Assembly (NCBI GenBank): GCA_964427455.1
Contig: CAYRUY010000001.1
Coordinates: forward strand, 87,726-151,725
Direction: 5' to 3'
DNA from: an uncultured Candidatus Bathyarchaeia archaeon
GTDB taxonomy: Archaea; Thermoproteota; CALKCG01; B24; JAWCPE01
Length of the DNA stretch: 64,000 nt
Below, piece by piece: positions 47,825 to 57,560 of this stretch. The notes beneath the pieces were generated by a model. It saw only the letters and a list, made by a program, of their open reading frames with translations, was not told the origin of the DNA and ran no database searches. Both the position numbers and the translations under genes were made by a program. Within the stretch, counting starts at the first letter, position 1. Every line of letters begins with the position of its first letter.

Positions 47825-49387
47825 TTACTCGAATAACGGCGCATCCTGAACGTAGCTTCTCCCGGTTCTAAGGGCGACCTCGGCTTTTCCAAGCTCCAAT
47901 CCGAGGTAGGCGGCGTGTTCCAGCGTCGATACGAGCCCTCCGTCCACTAGCGCCTTGTAGACAGTCTCCGCCCCCTTTCCTTTTAGAACCACGTCGGGCA
48001 TGCTCGATTCGCCGGGTCCGAAGTGGGCGGCTACGAGCTGGCCAGTTCCTCGATCGACCAAGACCTTAAAGCAGCCCCTCGGGTCCATCCTCAAACCTGG
48101 GCTTCTGTCTACCTCGATAGCTTTGGCTGCCCGCTCTTGGCTCACGTCGTAGGGCTCTTCCTTAGCTCGCTTCTCATGGTACAAGAGTAGGCTAAGCCCC
48201 AGGTCCTTAGGAACAGACCCGCGCGTCCTAGCCAAGGTCATCATCTTCGACGCTGTGGTCAGCTCCCTTACGCATCCTCTGGTCTTGTCGCTGTTCTCTG
48301 TCGTCAGGAGGATGCTGCCCCCGACCTCCGCAGCGATGCCTGCGAGAAGCGCGTTCACTCCGGCAGAGTCGGCGTCGAGAAGCTCGGTCACGTTACCTAC
48401 GCCGAAGAGCAGTGGCACATTTGGGTTTCTCTCAGCGAAGGCTGCGTAAGCCACAAGTGAGGGCACGATGCCCGGCGAGCACAAAGGGTCAAGGATCAGG
48501 TCTGCGATCAGGCGATGCATCCCCAGGGCTCTTGCCTTCCGGATTAGTTCCTCAAGCAAGGCGACGCGTTCCATAGGCTTCTTCGGGAATCTGCCCTCAA
48601 CGTGGTTCGCTGGTATCACGACTGCTGCCGCGTTCCCGGCCACGTTGGCCACCTGAGCGAGGTTGCCTCCATCAACGCTCAGGATGAGGTCTACGCCTTC
48701 ATCCACGGCGGCCTCGATCTCGTGAACGTTCAAAGTATCGATGCTGATGGGATGGTCGGAGACTCTCCGAACTGCCTTCACGGCGCGAGCTGCGTCATCT
48801 GGCTTGCTCTCCCCGACTTGCATGCCTAGGTCTATGATATCTGCACCAGAGTCTAGGTAATACCTGGCCTTCTGCTGGATCTGCTCGTCTGAAAGCAGCG
48901 GCACGTCTATGATCTCGGCCATAACCCGAGGAGGGACGCCCCTGCCGAGAAGGAGCTTTCCGACCTGCACTCCGCCCTCGGCGAGGGGCACGTTCGCGTA
49001 CCTGGCTTCGATCGACGCAATCTCCCGCCCGGCCTGAAGCTGAAGCTCTGCTCTCAAGATATCGCAGGCTGGAACCGTCTTCGATAGGGTGACTCGGCCT
49101 AGGGCCTCTATGACCCAGGGGAGATCAGCCGCATACCGAGGCCCCTTGAACGCCGGGATCCCCAGGGTGTCGTCCACGGTTGATACGTCTCCTGCCACGA
49201 GGCCGGGCACTAGGATCACGTGGAAGCCTTGAACCCCCCGCTCCTTCAAGTCGCGAGCGATGCGTCCAGGCGTTAGAAGCGCGGCGACTGAAGCATCGAG
49301 GGCTATGACCTCGACGTCACGGAGTTCCTTCAGGTGCCTCCTGACGGTCTCCTCTGCAAGCTTCGCTGTGACGATAAGCACCTTCAC
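47825..49387 (-). CDS. dihydropteroate-synthase-like pterin-binding protein with N-terminal extra domain
   Basis: The central segment ADIIDLGMQVGE...ISIDTLNVHEIEAAVDEGVDLILSVDGGNL...LILDPLCSPGI follows the PF00809 pterin-binding barrel. Confidence 0.6.
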   Translation of the reverse strand: MKVLIVTAKLAEETVRRHLKELRDVEVIALDASVAALLTPGRIARDLKERGVQGFHVILVPGLVAGDVSTVDDTLGIPAFKGPRYAADLPWVIEALGRVTLSKTVPACDILRAELQLQAGREIASIEARYANVPLAEGGVQVGKLLLGRGVPPRVMAEIIDVPLLSDEQIQQKARYYLDSGADIIDLGMQVGESKPDDAARAVKAVRRVSDHPISIDTLNVHEIEAAVDEGVDLILSVDGGNLAQVANVAGNAAAVVIPANHVEGRFPKKPMERVALLEELIRKARALGMHRLIADLILDPLCSPGIVPSLVAYAAFAERNPNVPLLFGVGNVTELLDADSAGVNALLAGIAAEVGGSILLTTENSDKTRGCVRELTTASKMMTLARTRGSVPKDLGLSLLLYHEKRAKEEPYDVSQERAAKAIEVDRSPGLRMDPRGCFKVLVDRGTGQLVAAHFGPGESSMPDVVLKGKGAETVYKALVDGGLVSTLEHAAYLGLELGKAEVALRTGRSYVQDAPLFE

Positions 49388-50304
49388 GCGGTGGTCTCCC
49401 CCTTTCTCGTTAGGAGAAGAGGTCTAAGCGCGTCCTCAATCTCGCTTGGATGCTCCAAGACCGTGATGCCCTCCATCGCTTGCAGTAGCTCGGCGTTTCT
49501 TGCATCAATCGGCCTCACCTTCGCTTGAACCTTCTCGCCGCGCTTGATCGCGTTGAATCGGCAGGCGGTGAGGCAGAGGCCACACCCGATGCACAGCGAC
49601 GGAACGAGCACGGGCCTCCCCTCGACCTGTTTGAAGGCGGAGTAGGGACAAGCTACTGCAGCTGGGCAGGGCTGACAGGCAACGCATTGAGCCCCATCCA
49701 AGCGGTGTGGAAGAGTTGTCTCAATGATGCCCTCCTCTAGGTCTGTCGGCACGATGAAGACCGGAACCGACCCCCGCTGAGCCTCCGCCACAGCGTTAGT
49801 CACCAACGAGTCGGAGATGCCGTGGACGATCTTCGCGACCGTGTTCGCTGTCGCTGGAGAGACTAGGAGGGCATGGTACATGCCGCGGTAGAGCCTTCCC
49901 GCCTTGAAGGCACTCGCTCCTTGATCCTCATCGGTGAACACCTCTTGATAATAGCCTCCCGGCGAGATCCTACTTAGACCGTCCCAAAGCCCGTAAGCTC
50001 TGACCACCTCTACGCCGGCCTTGGTCAAGAACGTCGTCACCAGTACGCCTTGAGACCTTGAGAGGTTATCGACCGAGGAGAAGGTCTCCTTCAGATAGTG
50101 CCCTCCCCCTGTGATCCCCCACGCGACGCGGGCTACCGTACAATGTCCTCCTTCGAAGTTGCTCAGTCCTTCTCTCTGGCTAGGCGGTAGCTTCTCGCCG
50201 CGGAGGTTACCGAGAGGCTCCGCATATAAAGCTGCCCTCCTCTGCTGGATGGAGGCCACAATGTCCCAGATGGACAGTACTCTTCGTCTGCTTCTCTGGT
50301 CCAA
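49384..50304 (-). CDS. flavoprotein (HFCD/AfpA-like) fused to 2x[4Fe-4S] ferredoxin, DmrX-like
   Basis: RVAWGITGGGHYLKETF flavoprotein core. C-terminal CVACQPCP...CPYS and CIGCGLCLTAC clusters. Confidence 0.55.
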   Translation of the reverse strand: MDQRSRRRVLSIWDIVASIQQRRAALYAEPLGNLRGEKLPPSQREGLSNFEGGHCTVARVAWGITGGGHYLKETFSSVDNLSRSQGVLVTTFLTKAGVEVVRAYGLWDGLSRISPGGYYQEVFTDEDQGASAFKAGRLYRGMYHALLVSPATANTVAKIVHGISDSLVTNAVAEAQRGSVPVFIVPTDLEEGIIETTLPHRLDGAQCVACQPCPAAVACPYSAFKQVEGRPVLVPSLCIGCGLCLTACRFNAIKRGEKVQAKVRPIDARNAELLQAMEGITVLEHPSEIEDALRPLLLTRKGETTA

Positions 50305-50476
50305 GCGGGAGGAATGGCAATCGTCGCACAGACTCGCTCGTTCGGTCTCCTGGCAGCGAGTGTGCAGGGCCTGACTCGTTTCAAGGAAAGCCCAGGCGCG
50401 AAGCTGGCTGAAAGCGTGGTGGTCTGCACGGCTTTATAGGCTGAGGCTGCGATAGGCGAAGTCCACGGCGGTAGCC

Positions 50477-51328
50477 ATGTTCCAAGCCTCAGCCGGGGGA
50501 TCGGCGTCGTGCTCTAGAACGGCTGGAAAGATAGGGATCATCGGGGCTGGGAAGATGGGGGAAGCCCTCGTCTCCGGCCTCCTTCGGTCAGGCTCCACGA
50601 GCCTGGACGATATCTTGGTCACGGACATTCTACCAGAGAGGAGGCAACACGTGGCCAAGACTTACGGCGTCACCTGCCTTGACGACAACGCCGAGCTCGT
50701 CAAGCTTTGCAGAATAGTGATCATCGCGGTCCAGCCGAGAGATGTGAAGACGGTCTTAGCGTCCATTCGCTCTGTGCTCACGAATGACCATGTTCTCGTC
50801 TCGATTGCCGCCGGGGTAGCGACCAGCTTCATTCTGAAGGAGCTTGGGAAACAGCAGCCGCTCATCAGGGCTATGCCGAACAACCCATGCGTCGTAGGCG
50901 AGGGCATGATCGCCTTAGCGCCTACACCAGCCGTAAGCCGGGAGCAGCTAGAGAGCGTAGAGGCGATCTTCGCCTCGGTGGGCAGGGTGACTCTCGCTGA
51001 AGAGAGGCACTTCGACATCATCACGGGTCTTAGCGGCAGTGGCCCGGCCTATGTCTATCTCATGATTGAGGCCCTCGCCGATGGCGGGGTCAGGATGGGA
51101 CTACCCAAGAGCCTCGCGTTGGTCCTTGCAGCCCAAACGATGCTTGGGTCAGCCAAAATGGTGCTCTCCAGGGCGGAACACCCCGCCAAGCTGAGGGACG
51201 AAGTAGCAACCCCAGGCGGGACAACCGTTGAGGGAATCTACGAGTTGGAGAAGGCCGGGGTCCGGGCTGCCTTGATGAGCGCTGTAGAGAAGGCTACCAT
51301 GCGAGCTGCGAGCCTCGCCTCCACGTAG
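50477..51328 (+). CDS. proC: pyrroline-5-carboxylate reductase
   Basis: IGIIGAGKMGEAL Rossmann start, MPNNPCVVGEGMIALAP, C-terminal dimerisation domain. Confidence 0.75.
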   Translation: MFQASAGGSASCSRTAGKIGIIGAGKMGEALVSGLLRSGSTSLDDILVTDILPERRQHVAKTYGVTCLDDNAELVKLCRIVIIAVQPRDVKTVLASIRSVLTNDHVLVSIAAGVATSFILKELGKQQPLIRAMPNNPCVVGEGMIALAPTPAVSREQLESVEAIFASVGRVTLAEERHFDIITGLSGSGPAYVYLMIEALADGGVRMGLPKSLALVLAAQTMLGSAKMVLSRAEHPAKLRDEVATPGGTTVEGIYELEKAGVRAALMSAVEKATMRAASLAST

Positions 51329-51471
51329 CTCCAGCTTGACACCCAGCTTGGCCACATCACCGTTGCAGGAGAACGTATCGTAAGACGGTTGGAAAGCCTT
51401 GTATGAAACAACGAAGCTCAGAGCCGTTCCATCGGCTCGGTCATGCCTAAGCCCTAGGCAGGGCGGTCGGC

Positions 51472-53277
51472 TTAACGCAACCCCAGCTCCCTGAGCCTGC
51501 TCTCAGTGGGTACGCCTTGCAGATCCCAGCCCCTGAGCTCGTAATACCTGCCGAGGAGTTCCTTGAATCGGACCCTATCTAGGACCGCTCCCTTGAGTGG
51601 TCCCGAGGGGATGGGGTCGTCGAAGACTCTGTCGGGCAGCCAGTCAGCTCCGGGCTTCATGCCCTGCCGCAGGTTGATCAGCCTTGTCAGATTCCATATC
51701 GCTTCAGACCGGTTCAGAAGCTCATCGAGGCTTGCGTTGACCCCTGTGGCTGCTTGGTAGAACCGCGCGTAGTATGCGGGGTCTAGCCCGAACTCGACCC
51801 ATGGGAAGCGGCATACGCCTAGGCAGTCGAAGAGAGGCCTTAGGTGTTGCAGGTAGATGACCCACTTGGCCTTGTCCTCCGTGTACGTGCTCCGGTCGCT
51901 GTTCACGTCGTACGTTATGGCCCAAGCCCTATTGTGGTGCGCCCCTATGTCCGCAGTCGCGTAGGCTAAGGCCATGCTCGGCGAAGCCCTCACATCGTAG
52001 CCGCTTATCTCGAGGCCTTTGACGTGCATCGCAAACCGCTCGGAGCCCCTCCCCAGCGTTCTGCTTGCGTGAGCCACCCCCTCACCCAGAAGGATGCCGA
52101 GCCCCTTCCCATACGCGATCATCTGCAGGAGGCTCTTCAAGGCATCGAAGTTTCCGAAAGACAACTCGAGGCCGCCTGTCGCCTTCTTGTCAAGAATACC
52201 CTTATCATAGCATTCCATGGCGAAGGCGGCGATGTTCCCCGCCGAGATCGTGTCTAAGCCGAGTTGGTCGCAGAGATGATTGGCCTCTACGACCTCCTCG
52301 ATGCTGTTCAAGGCGCAGTTGCTCCCTATCATCGCAGCAGTCTCATACTCGGGTCCTTCCACTCTCAACCCTCTCACGGAGTTGACCTGGCCGCAGGCCA
52401 TGCTGCAGGCGTAGCAGCCCCTTCGGCCGACCCGGGTACGCGTTTCCATTGCCTCGCCATCTATCTGCCCGACGTTCTCGTACTGCGCCTCGAGGAAATT
52501 CCTGGTAGGGAGGCAACTCAGCCCATTCGCCCACTCGACGATACGCATTGTGCCCTGTCTCTGCCACAGGTCGTACTCAGGCCTCTCAGTCAGGTACTTG
52601 TCAGCCTCAGCCCAGAGGTTTCTCAGCCCGTCAGCGTCCGCGACGGGGATTCCAGCGCCGCCCCCGGCAACGAGCGCCTTGATCTTCTTATGCCCTAGAA
52701 CCGCGCCTATGCCGCATCGAGCTGCTTGCCGGCCGAGAGCAGAGCCTATGCAGGCCAGCTTTACCAGGTTCTCACCTGCGGGCCCGATCACTGCGGCCTG
52801 ACAGCCCCCGCCGAGGTCTCTCTTTAACGCCTGCTCCGCATCGTAGCTGAGCATTCCCCAGTAGGGGCGAGCGTCCTTGACCTCCACTCGGCCATCGTTG
52901 ACGTGCACGTAGATGGGCTTGGGTGAAATGTCTTCGAGTATGACCGCGTCAAAGCCTGCTCTCTTAAGGGCGACGGCAAACTCGCCGCCCATGTTGCTGT
53001 CTCCGTACAGCCCCGTCGCAGGCGAGAAGGCTGAAAAACTCGTCTTGCTTGAACAGGGCACCGTAAGGCCGGAAAGGGGGCCTGCAGCCACCACGACCTT
53101 GTTGTCGGCGCTGAAAGGCTCAACTCTCGTCTCCGCGGTGTCGTAGAGGACTTTGGCTCCCCATCCTCGGCCGCCAACGTATCTAGCCGCATACTCTTCG
53201 TCAACCCGCTCTTGACGAACCGTGCCGTCGCGGAGGTCGACACGCGCGACCTTGAGCAGGTATCCGCCCCTTATCAC
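51472..53277 (-). CDS. aor: tungsten-containing aldehyde:ferredoxin oxidoreductase (AOR family)
   Basis: N-terminal MIRGGYLLKVARVDLRDGTV...YVGGRGWGAKVLYD and full AOR length (601 aa). Confidence 0.85.
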   Translation of the reverse strand: MIRGGYLLKVARVDLRDGTVRQERVDEEYAARYVGGRGWGAKVLYDTAETRVEPFSADNKVVVAAGPLSGLTVPCSSKTSFSAFSPATGLYGDSNMGGEFAVALKRAGFDAVILEDISPKPIYVHVNDGRVEVKDARPYWGMLSYDAEQALKRDLGGGCQAAVIGPAGENLVKLACIGSALGRQAARCGIGAVLGHKKIKALVAGGGAGIPVADADGLRNLWAEADKYLTERPEYDLWQRQGTMRIVEWANGLSCLPTRNFLEAQYENVGQIDGEAMETRTRVGRRGCYACSMACGQVNSVRGLRVEGPEYETAAMIGSNCALNSIEEVVEANHLCDQLGLDTISAGNIAAFAMECYDKGILDKKATGGLELSFGNFDALKSLLQMIAYGKGLGILLGEGVAHASRTLGRGSERFAMHVKGLEISGYDVRASPSMALAYATADIGAHHNRAWAITYDVNSDRSTYTEDKAKWVIYLQHLRPLFDCLGVCRFPWVEFGLDPAYYARFYQAATGVNASLDELLNRSEAIWNLTRLINLRQGMKPGADWLPDRVFDDPIPSGPLKGAVLDRVRFKELLGRYYELRGWDLQGVPTESRLRELGLR

Positions 53278-53455
53278 TGGTCTCTACTCCGGGTCATCGT
53301 AGCTCATGCCCGAGAAGAGCAGGGAGATTCCTTTCGCCGCACGTTCCAAAGTGACCGGCAGTCAGTCTTCATGGCCGCATTTAGCTTTTGTCTAGTTCAC
53401 TCGCCAAGACTGCTTCAAACATTACAGATCTCCAAGGTAACGCTAGGTTCTTGTC

Positions 53456-54292
53456 TTGTGTGGCTTCATGATGACTATAAGTCGGCGTGCTGCAACAACT
53501 CGGCCGGTGGATCTAATGGCCTCCTGGACAGCGGGCATCGAGGTGGTGCTCTTTGACTTCGTCGGAACCCTGGTGAGCGTCGTTGACCAGCCCGAGCTGG
53601 AGCTGAAGTCTCTGTACCAAAGCCTTGTCTCGGACGGTTTCAACGTCCCGCTTCAGTCCTTCCGCGACGCCTACGAGGCGGTTTATCATCGCTACCGCGA
53701 GATCAGGCTTCGAGAGCAAAGGGAGATAGGAAGCCCTGTCTGGGTTGCGGAGGCTCTGGAGGCTCTAGGCTTCAAAGCCAGGCCAGATGATGAAGCGGTA
53801 ATCCGCGGCGTTGAGGCCTTCTTCAACCCCTACCTAGAGTCGATGCAACCCTATCCCTGCGTGGTTAGTACACTCTCTGAACTCGCCAGGCGCGGGCTCA
53901 AGCTCGGGTTGGTCTCTAGCTTCTCCTACGCTCGTGTGGTTACTGGAGCCCTCGCGCGATTCGGGCTTCAGGCTTACTTCGACGCCGTGGTCATTTCTCA
54001 AGACGTAGGTTGGCGCAAGCCGAACCCGCGAATCTTCAACGAAGCCTTGCGAAGGCTTGGAGTCGACTCGTCGTCCTCAGCCCTCGTCGGCGATGAACCT
54101 ACGGACGATGTGCTAGGCGCGGCGAGCGTGGGAATGAGGACGGTGCTCGTACTCATGCCTAGAGAGGACCAGTCAAGCCTTAAGGTCTCTCAGATGCCTC
54201 GGAGACCCGACCTGATCATAGGAAGCATATGTGAACTCCCAGCTCTGCTGTTGACCCGAGAACGCGGCGCAATGCACCGCGTTAACCTCTAG
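53456..54292 (+). CDS. HAD-superfamily hydrolase
   Basis: VVLFDFVGTL motif I, GDEPTDDVLGA motif IV. Confidence 0.65.
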   Translation: MCGFMMTISRRAATTRPVDLMASWTAGIEVVLFDFVGTLVSVVDQPELELKSLYQSLVSDGFNVPLQSFRDAYEAVYHRYREIRLREQREIGSPVWVAEALEALGFKARPDDEAVIRGVEAFFNPYLESMQPYPCVVSTLSELARRGLKLGLVSSFSYARVVTGALARFGLQAYFDAVVISQDVGWRKPNPRIFNEALRRLGVDSSSSALVGDEPTDDVLGAASVGMRTVLVLMPREDQSSLKVSQMPRRPDLIIGSICELPALLLTRERGAMHRVNL

Positions 54293-54434
54293 CCCCTGGG
54301 GAGGAAAGCTTGTCCGCATGCGAAGGAGGCTCCTAGGATTGGCTACGGGTCGGGTGTGCTCGACAACCTCTTGCGCCCCATCCCGGAATAACTGCCAGTC
54401 ATAGCCGGGACCGAAAATATTAATACTTGCGCGG

Positions 54435-55994
54435 TTGGATTGGGGGCTCGTCGTGGGAGGCGGGGTGGTGGCAGAGGAGCGCGGCGCGGAGTCACTTAGG
54501 CGGTATGAGGAGATCAACCAGCGTATCAAGAGGGGCGACGCTGTCGTGATGACGGCCGAGGAGTTCGTGCAAACGGTCCGGGCGACCGGGTTGGTGAAGG
54601 CTGCGAAGGAGGTTGATGTGGTTACCACCGGGACGTTCGGCGCCATGTGCAGCAGTGGAGCGTTCCTGAACCTCGGCCACGCGGATCCACCGATCAAGAT
54701 GTGGCATTGCTGGCTGAATGATGTGCCAGCTTACAGGGGGCTGGCCGCTGTTGACGCGTACATCGGCGCGACCGCGATGAGCGAGTCGAAGGGCTTCGAG
54801 TATGGCGGGGGCCACGTGATAGAAGATCTTGTCAGCGGCTGCGAGGTCGAGCTGAGAGCGGACGGGTATGGGACAGATTGCTACCCGAGAAAGTACGTGG
54901 AGACCACCTTGAGCCTTGAGGACCTTAACCAGGCCGTTCTGTTGAACCCTAGGAACGCTTATCAGCGGTATAATGCGGCGACGAACAACACTGACAGGAC
55001 GATCTACACCTACATGGGCGTGCTGCTACCTCACTGCGGCAACGTCACGTTCAGCGGCTCAGGACAGCTCAGCCCGGTTCACAAGGACTCGGGGCTTGAG
55101 ACCATAGGGTTCGGCACGAGGATCTTTCTCGGAGGGGGCCAAGGATACATCATCGGCGAGGGCACACAGCACAGCCCGAAGACGCAGTTCGGCACGCTGA
55201 TGGTGAAGGGCGACCTTAAGCAGATGGATGGCCGATACTTGAAGGGCGCAAGCTTCCACAAGTATGGAACCTCCCTCTACGTCGGTGTAGGCATCCCTGT
55301 TCCTCTGATCAACCAGAGAGTCGCCTCGACTGCCGCCCTAGGAGACGACGAGATCTATACGAACATCCTGGACTACGGCATCCCGTCGAGGGACAGGCCG
55401 AGCCTCGCCCGGGTCTCATACGCTCAGCTGAGAGCCGGGAAGGTAGATGTGAACGGGAAGAGCACGCCCTCGTCGTCGCTGTCCAGCTACAAGGTGGCCA
55501 AGGAGATCGCAGAGACCCTGAAGAAATGGATTCAGGAGGGGCTGTTCGTGTTGTCGAGGCCTATGGAACTGCTTGCGAACGATAGGGAGTTCAGGCCTAT
55601 GAGGCTACGCAGAGTTGAGCCGCGCGTCGAAGACATCATGACGCGCCCCGTGGTCACAGCCAAACCCACCGATAGGATAGAGACGGTGGCATCAACTCTC
55701 GTGCGAAGCAGCATCGACCATCTACCGATCCTAGATGACGCCGGGAGACTCGCAGGCATCGTCACGTCATGGGACCTAGCGAAGGCCCTGGCCTTACGGA
55801 AGACCTCACTAGCTGAGATCATGACTACCAAGGTGGTGACCGCTCAGCCCAAGGACTCGTTGGATGTTGTGATTCAGAAGATGACCCGGTACAATATCTC
55901 GGGGCTGCCCGTGGTTGACGACGCGCAACACGTTGTCGGAATCGTCACCAGCGATGATGTTTCAAAGAAGGTTGTTGGGAGGCGACCCGCGTGA
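54435..55994 (+). CDS. homocysteine-biosynthesis enzyme, COG1900/DUF39 with C-terminal CBS pair (MA1821-like L-aspartate-semialdehyde sulfurtransferase)
   Basis: N-terminal DUF39 core (VVTTGTFGAMCSSGAFLNLGH) plus two CBS domains at the C-terminus. Confidence 0.7.
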   Translation: MDWGLVVGGGVVAEERGAESLRRYEEINQRIKRGDAVVMTAEEFVQTVRATGLVKAAKEVDVVTTGTFGAMCSSGAFLNLGHADPPIKMWHCWLNDVPAYRGLAAVDAYIGATAMSESKGFEYGGGHVIEDLVSGCEVELRADGYGTDCYPRKYVETTLSLEDLNQAVLLNPRNAYQRYNAATNNTDRTIYTYMGVLLPHCGNVTFSGSGQLSPVHKDSGLETIGFGTRIFLGGGQGYIIGEGTQHSPKTQFGTLMVKGDLKQMDGRYLKGASFHKYGTSLYVGVGIPVPLINQRVASTAALGDDEIYTNILDYGIPSRDRPSLARVSYAQLRAGKVDVNGKSTPSSSLSSYKVAKEIAETLKKWIQEGLFVLSRPMELLANDREFRPMRLRRVEPRVEDIMTRPVVTAKPTDRIETVASTLVRSSIDHLPILDDAGRLAGIVTSWDLAKALALRKTSLAEIMTTKVVTAQPKDSLDVVIQKMTRYNISGLPVVDDAQHVVGIVTSDDVSKKVVGRRPA

Positions 55995-56380
55995 AGCTGA
56001 GATTGACGTATCCGCACGAACATGTCAACGAACCGATCCTGTCCTTGGCGGTGAAGGAGGTAGGCGTTCTCCTCAACATACTCGAGGCGACGGTGAACTC
56101 GGAGAAGGGCGAGATAATCGTCTCCGTCGAGGCCCCTGACGAACGCCTCAACAGGCTTGTCGACTTCCTGCAACGGCGAGGCGTCCATGTTGAGAGGTTG
56201 ACGCAGGTTCTGCAAGTCGACAAGGAGAGGTGCACAAGCTGCGGTGCCTGCATATCACCTTGCCCCGTGGAGGCGATACGTTTCCAGCCTGACTGGTCGG
56301 TCGAGTTCATCGAGGAGAAATGTGTCGGCTGTGGCATCTGTGCCATCGCCTGCCCGGTGAGAGCCGTGAAGCTCCTGTAG
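55991..56380 (+). CDS. NIL-domain 4Fe-4S ferredoxin (MA1822-like partner)
   Basis: NIL-like N-terminus plus CTSCGACISPCP and CVGCGICAIACP. Overlaps the upstream gene by 4 nt. Confidence 0.7.
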   Translation: MKLRLTYPHEHVNEPILSLAVKEVGVLLNILEATVNSEKGEIIVSVEAPDERLNRLVDFLQRRGVHVERLTQVLQVDKERCTSCGACISPCPVEAIRFQPDWSVEFIEEKCVGCGICAIACPVRAVKLL

Positions 56381-56467
56381 TCGCGGAGATGGGACCGCGA
56401 GCCGGGCCGAGACGACCCGACAGGCTTAAGTAAGCTGGGGGTCCATCATCGTTAGCGGGGTCCTGCT

Positions 56468-56986
56468 ATGAGTTTGACAGGGAAACGCGTCGCGATATTG
56501 GCTGGTCCTGAGTACGAGGACCTTGAGCTTCACTACCCTCATCTGAGACTGATTGAGGAAGGGGCTGAGGTTAAGGTCATAGCCGTAAGGAAGGAGGTTG
56601 TAACGGGCAGGCATGGGTTATCGGTCACCCCAGACCTTGCCGTGAAGGAGGCAGACCCGAGTAGCTTTGATATTCTCGTGATCCCGGGTGGCTGGGCCCC
56701 AGATAGGCTGAGGAGAGACCCAGACGTGCTCAGCTTTACGAAGAGGTTCTTCGAGGAAGGGAAGCTCGTTGCGGCGATCTGCCACGGTCCACAGGTTCTC
56801 ATATCCGCCGGCGTGTTAGAGGGGAGAAGGCTGACCTGCGTCTCCGCCGTGAAGGATGACGTTATCAACGCGGGAGCCGAGTACGTGGACGCACCCGTGG
56901 TCCGGGACGGGAACCTCATAACCTCGAGGTTTCCAGCCGACCTACCCTACTTCTGTAGAGAGATCGTCGAGTCTTTTCGACGATAG
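56468..56986 (+). CDS. DJ-1/PfpI-family protein
   Basis: ILVIPGGWAP and AAICHGPQVL (nucleophile Cys elbow). Confidence 0.8.
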   Translation: MSLTGKRVAILAGPEYEDLELHYPHLRLIEEGAEVKVIAVRKEVVTGRHGLSVTPDLAVKEADPSSFDILVIPGGWAPDRLRRDPDVLSFTKRFFEEGKLVAAICHGPQVLISAGVLEGRRLTCVSAVKDDVINAGAEYVDAPVVRDGNLITSRFPADLPYFCREIVESFRR

Positions 56987-57030
56987 GAGGCAAAAACTGG
57001 GAGGGCAGCGGGGTATCCGCTGCTCTAAGG

Positions 57031-57477
57031 CTATTCCCTGAGGAGTTTTGTGAACGTGTCGTGGTGCTCTTCTTCTACCTCTAGGATGTCCTCGAAAATC
57101 AGTCGCGTGGTGTCGTCGCCCTCTCCGTCAGCCAGGCGGATAATCGCCTTGTAGAGCTTGATGGCCTCCTCCTCCGCCTTGATGTCGGCCTGGACCATCT
57201 CTTTAACGGTTCCGCCGACGATGATGAGGTCAGGCTTAGTCGTGGGCGTCCCACCGAGGTAGAAGAGCCTCTCAGCGATCTGCTCCGCATGTTTCATCTC
57301 TGTGATCGCGATCTCCCTGAAGGTCTCATCCACGGTAGCTCCACCTATGCCAACGGCCTGAACGTGCTGCCACATGTATTGGATGGCGACCTGAAGCTCC
57401 CTCGCGATGGCTTGGTTGAGCGAATCCAACATCTTCTGACTCGGTTTCAGACTCGACCTATTCACCATATATTCCAC
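57031..57477 (-). CDS. bacterioferritin-like ferritin-fold protein
   Basis: ELQVAIQYMWQH...EMKHAEQIAERLFYLGG...EEEHHDTF di-iron ligand pattern. Confidence 0.55.
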   Translation of the reverse strand: MEYMVNRSSLKPSQKMLDSLNQAIARELQVAIQYMWQHVQAVGIGGATVDETFREIAITEMKHAEQIAERLFYLGGTPTTKPDLIIVGGTVKEMVQADIKAEEEAIKLYKAIIRLADGEGDDTTRLIFEDILEVEEEHHDTFTKLLRE

Positions 57478-57560
57478 CCTGCGTATCGATACTGGTCAGA
57501 ACATGCTGCCTTATAAGAGATGCGCCTCTGAGGGCCATTATCGTTCTCACTCATCCCTCT

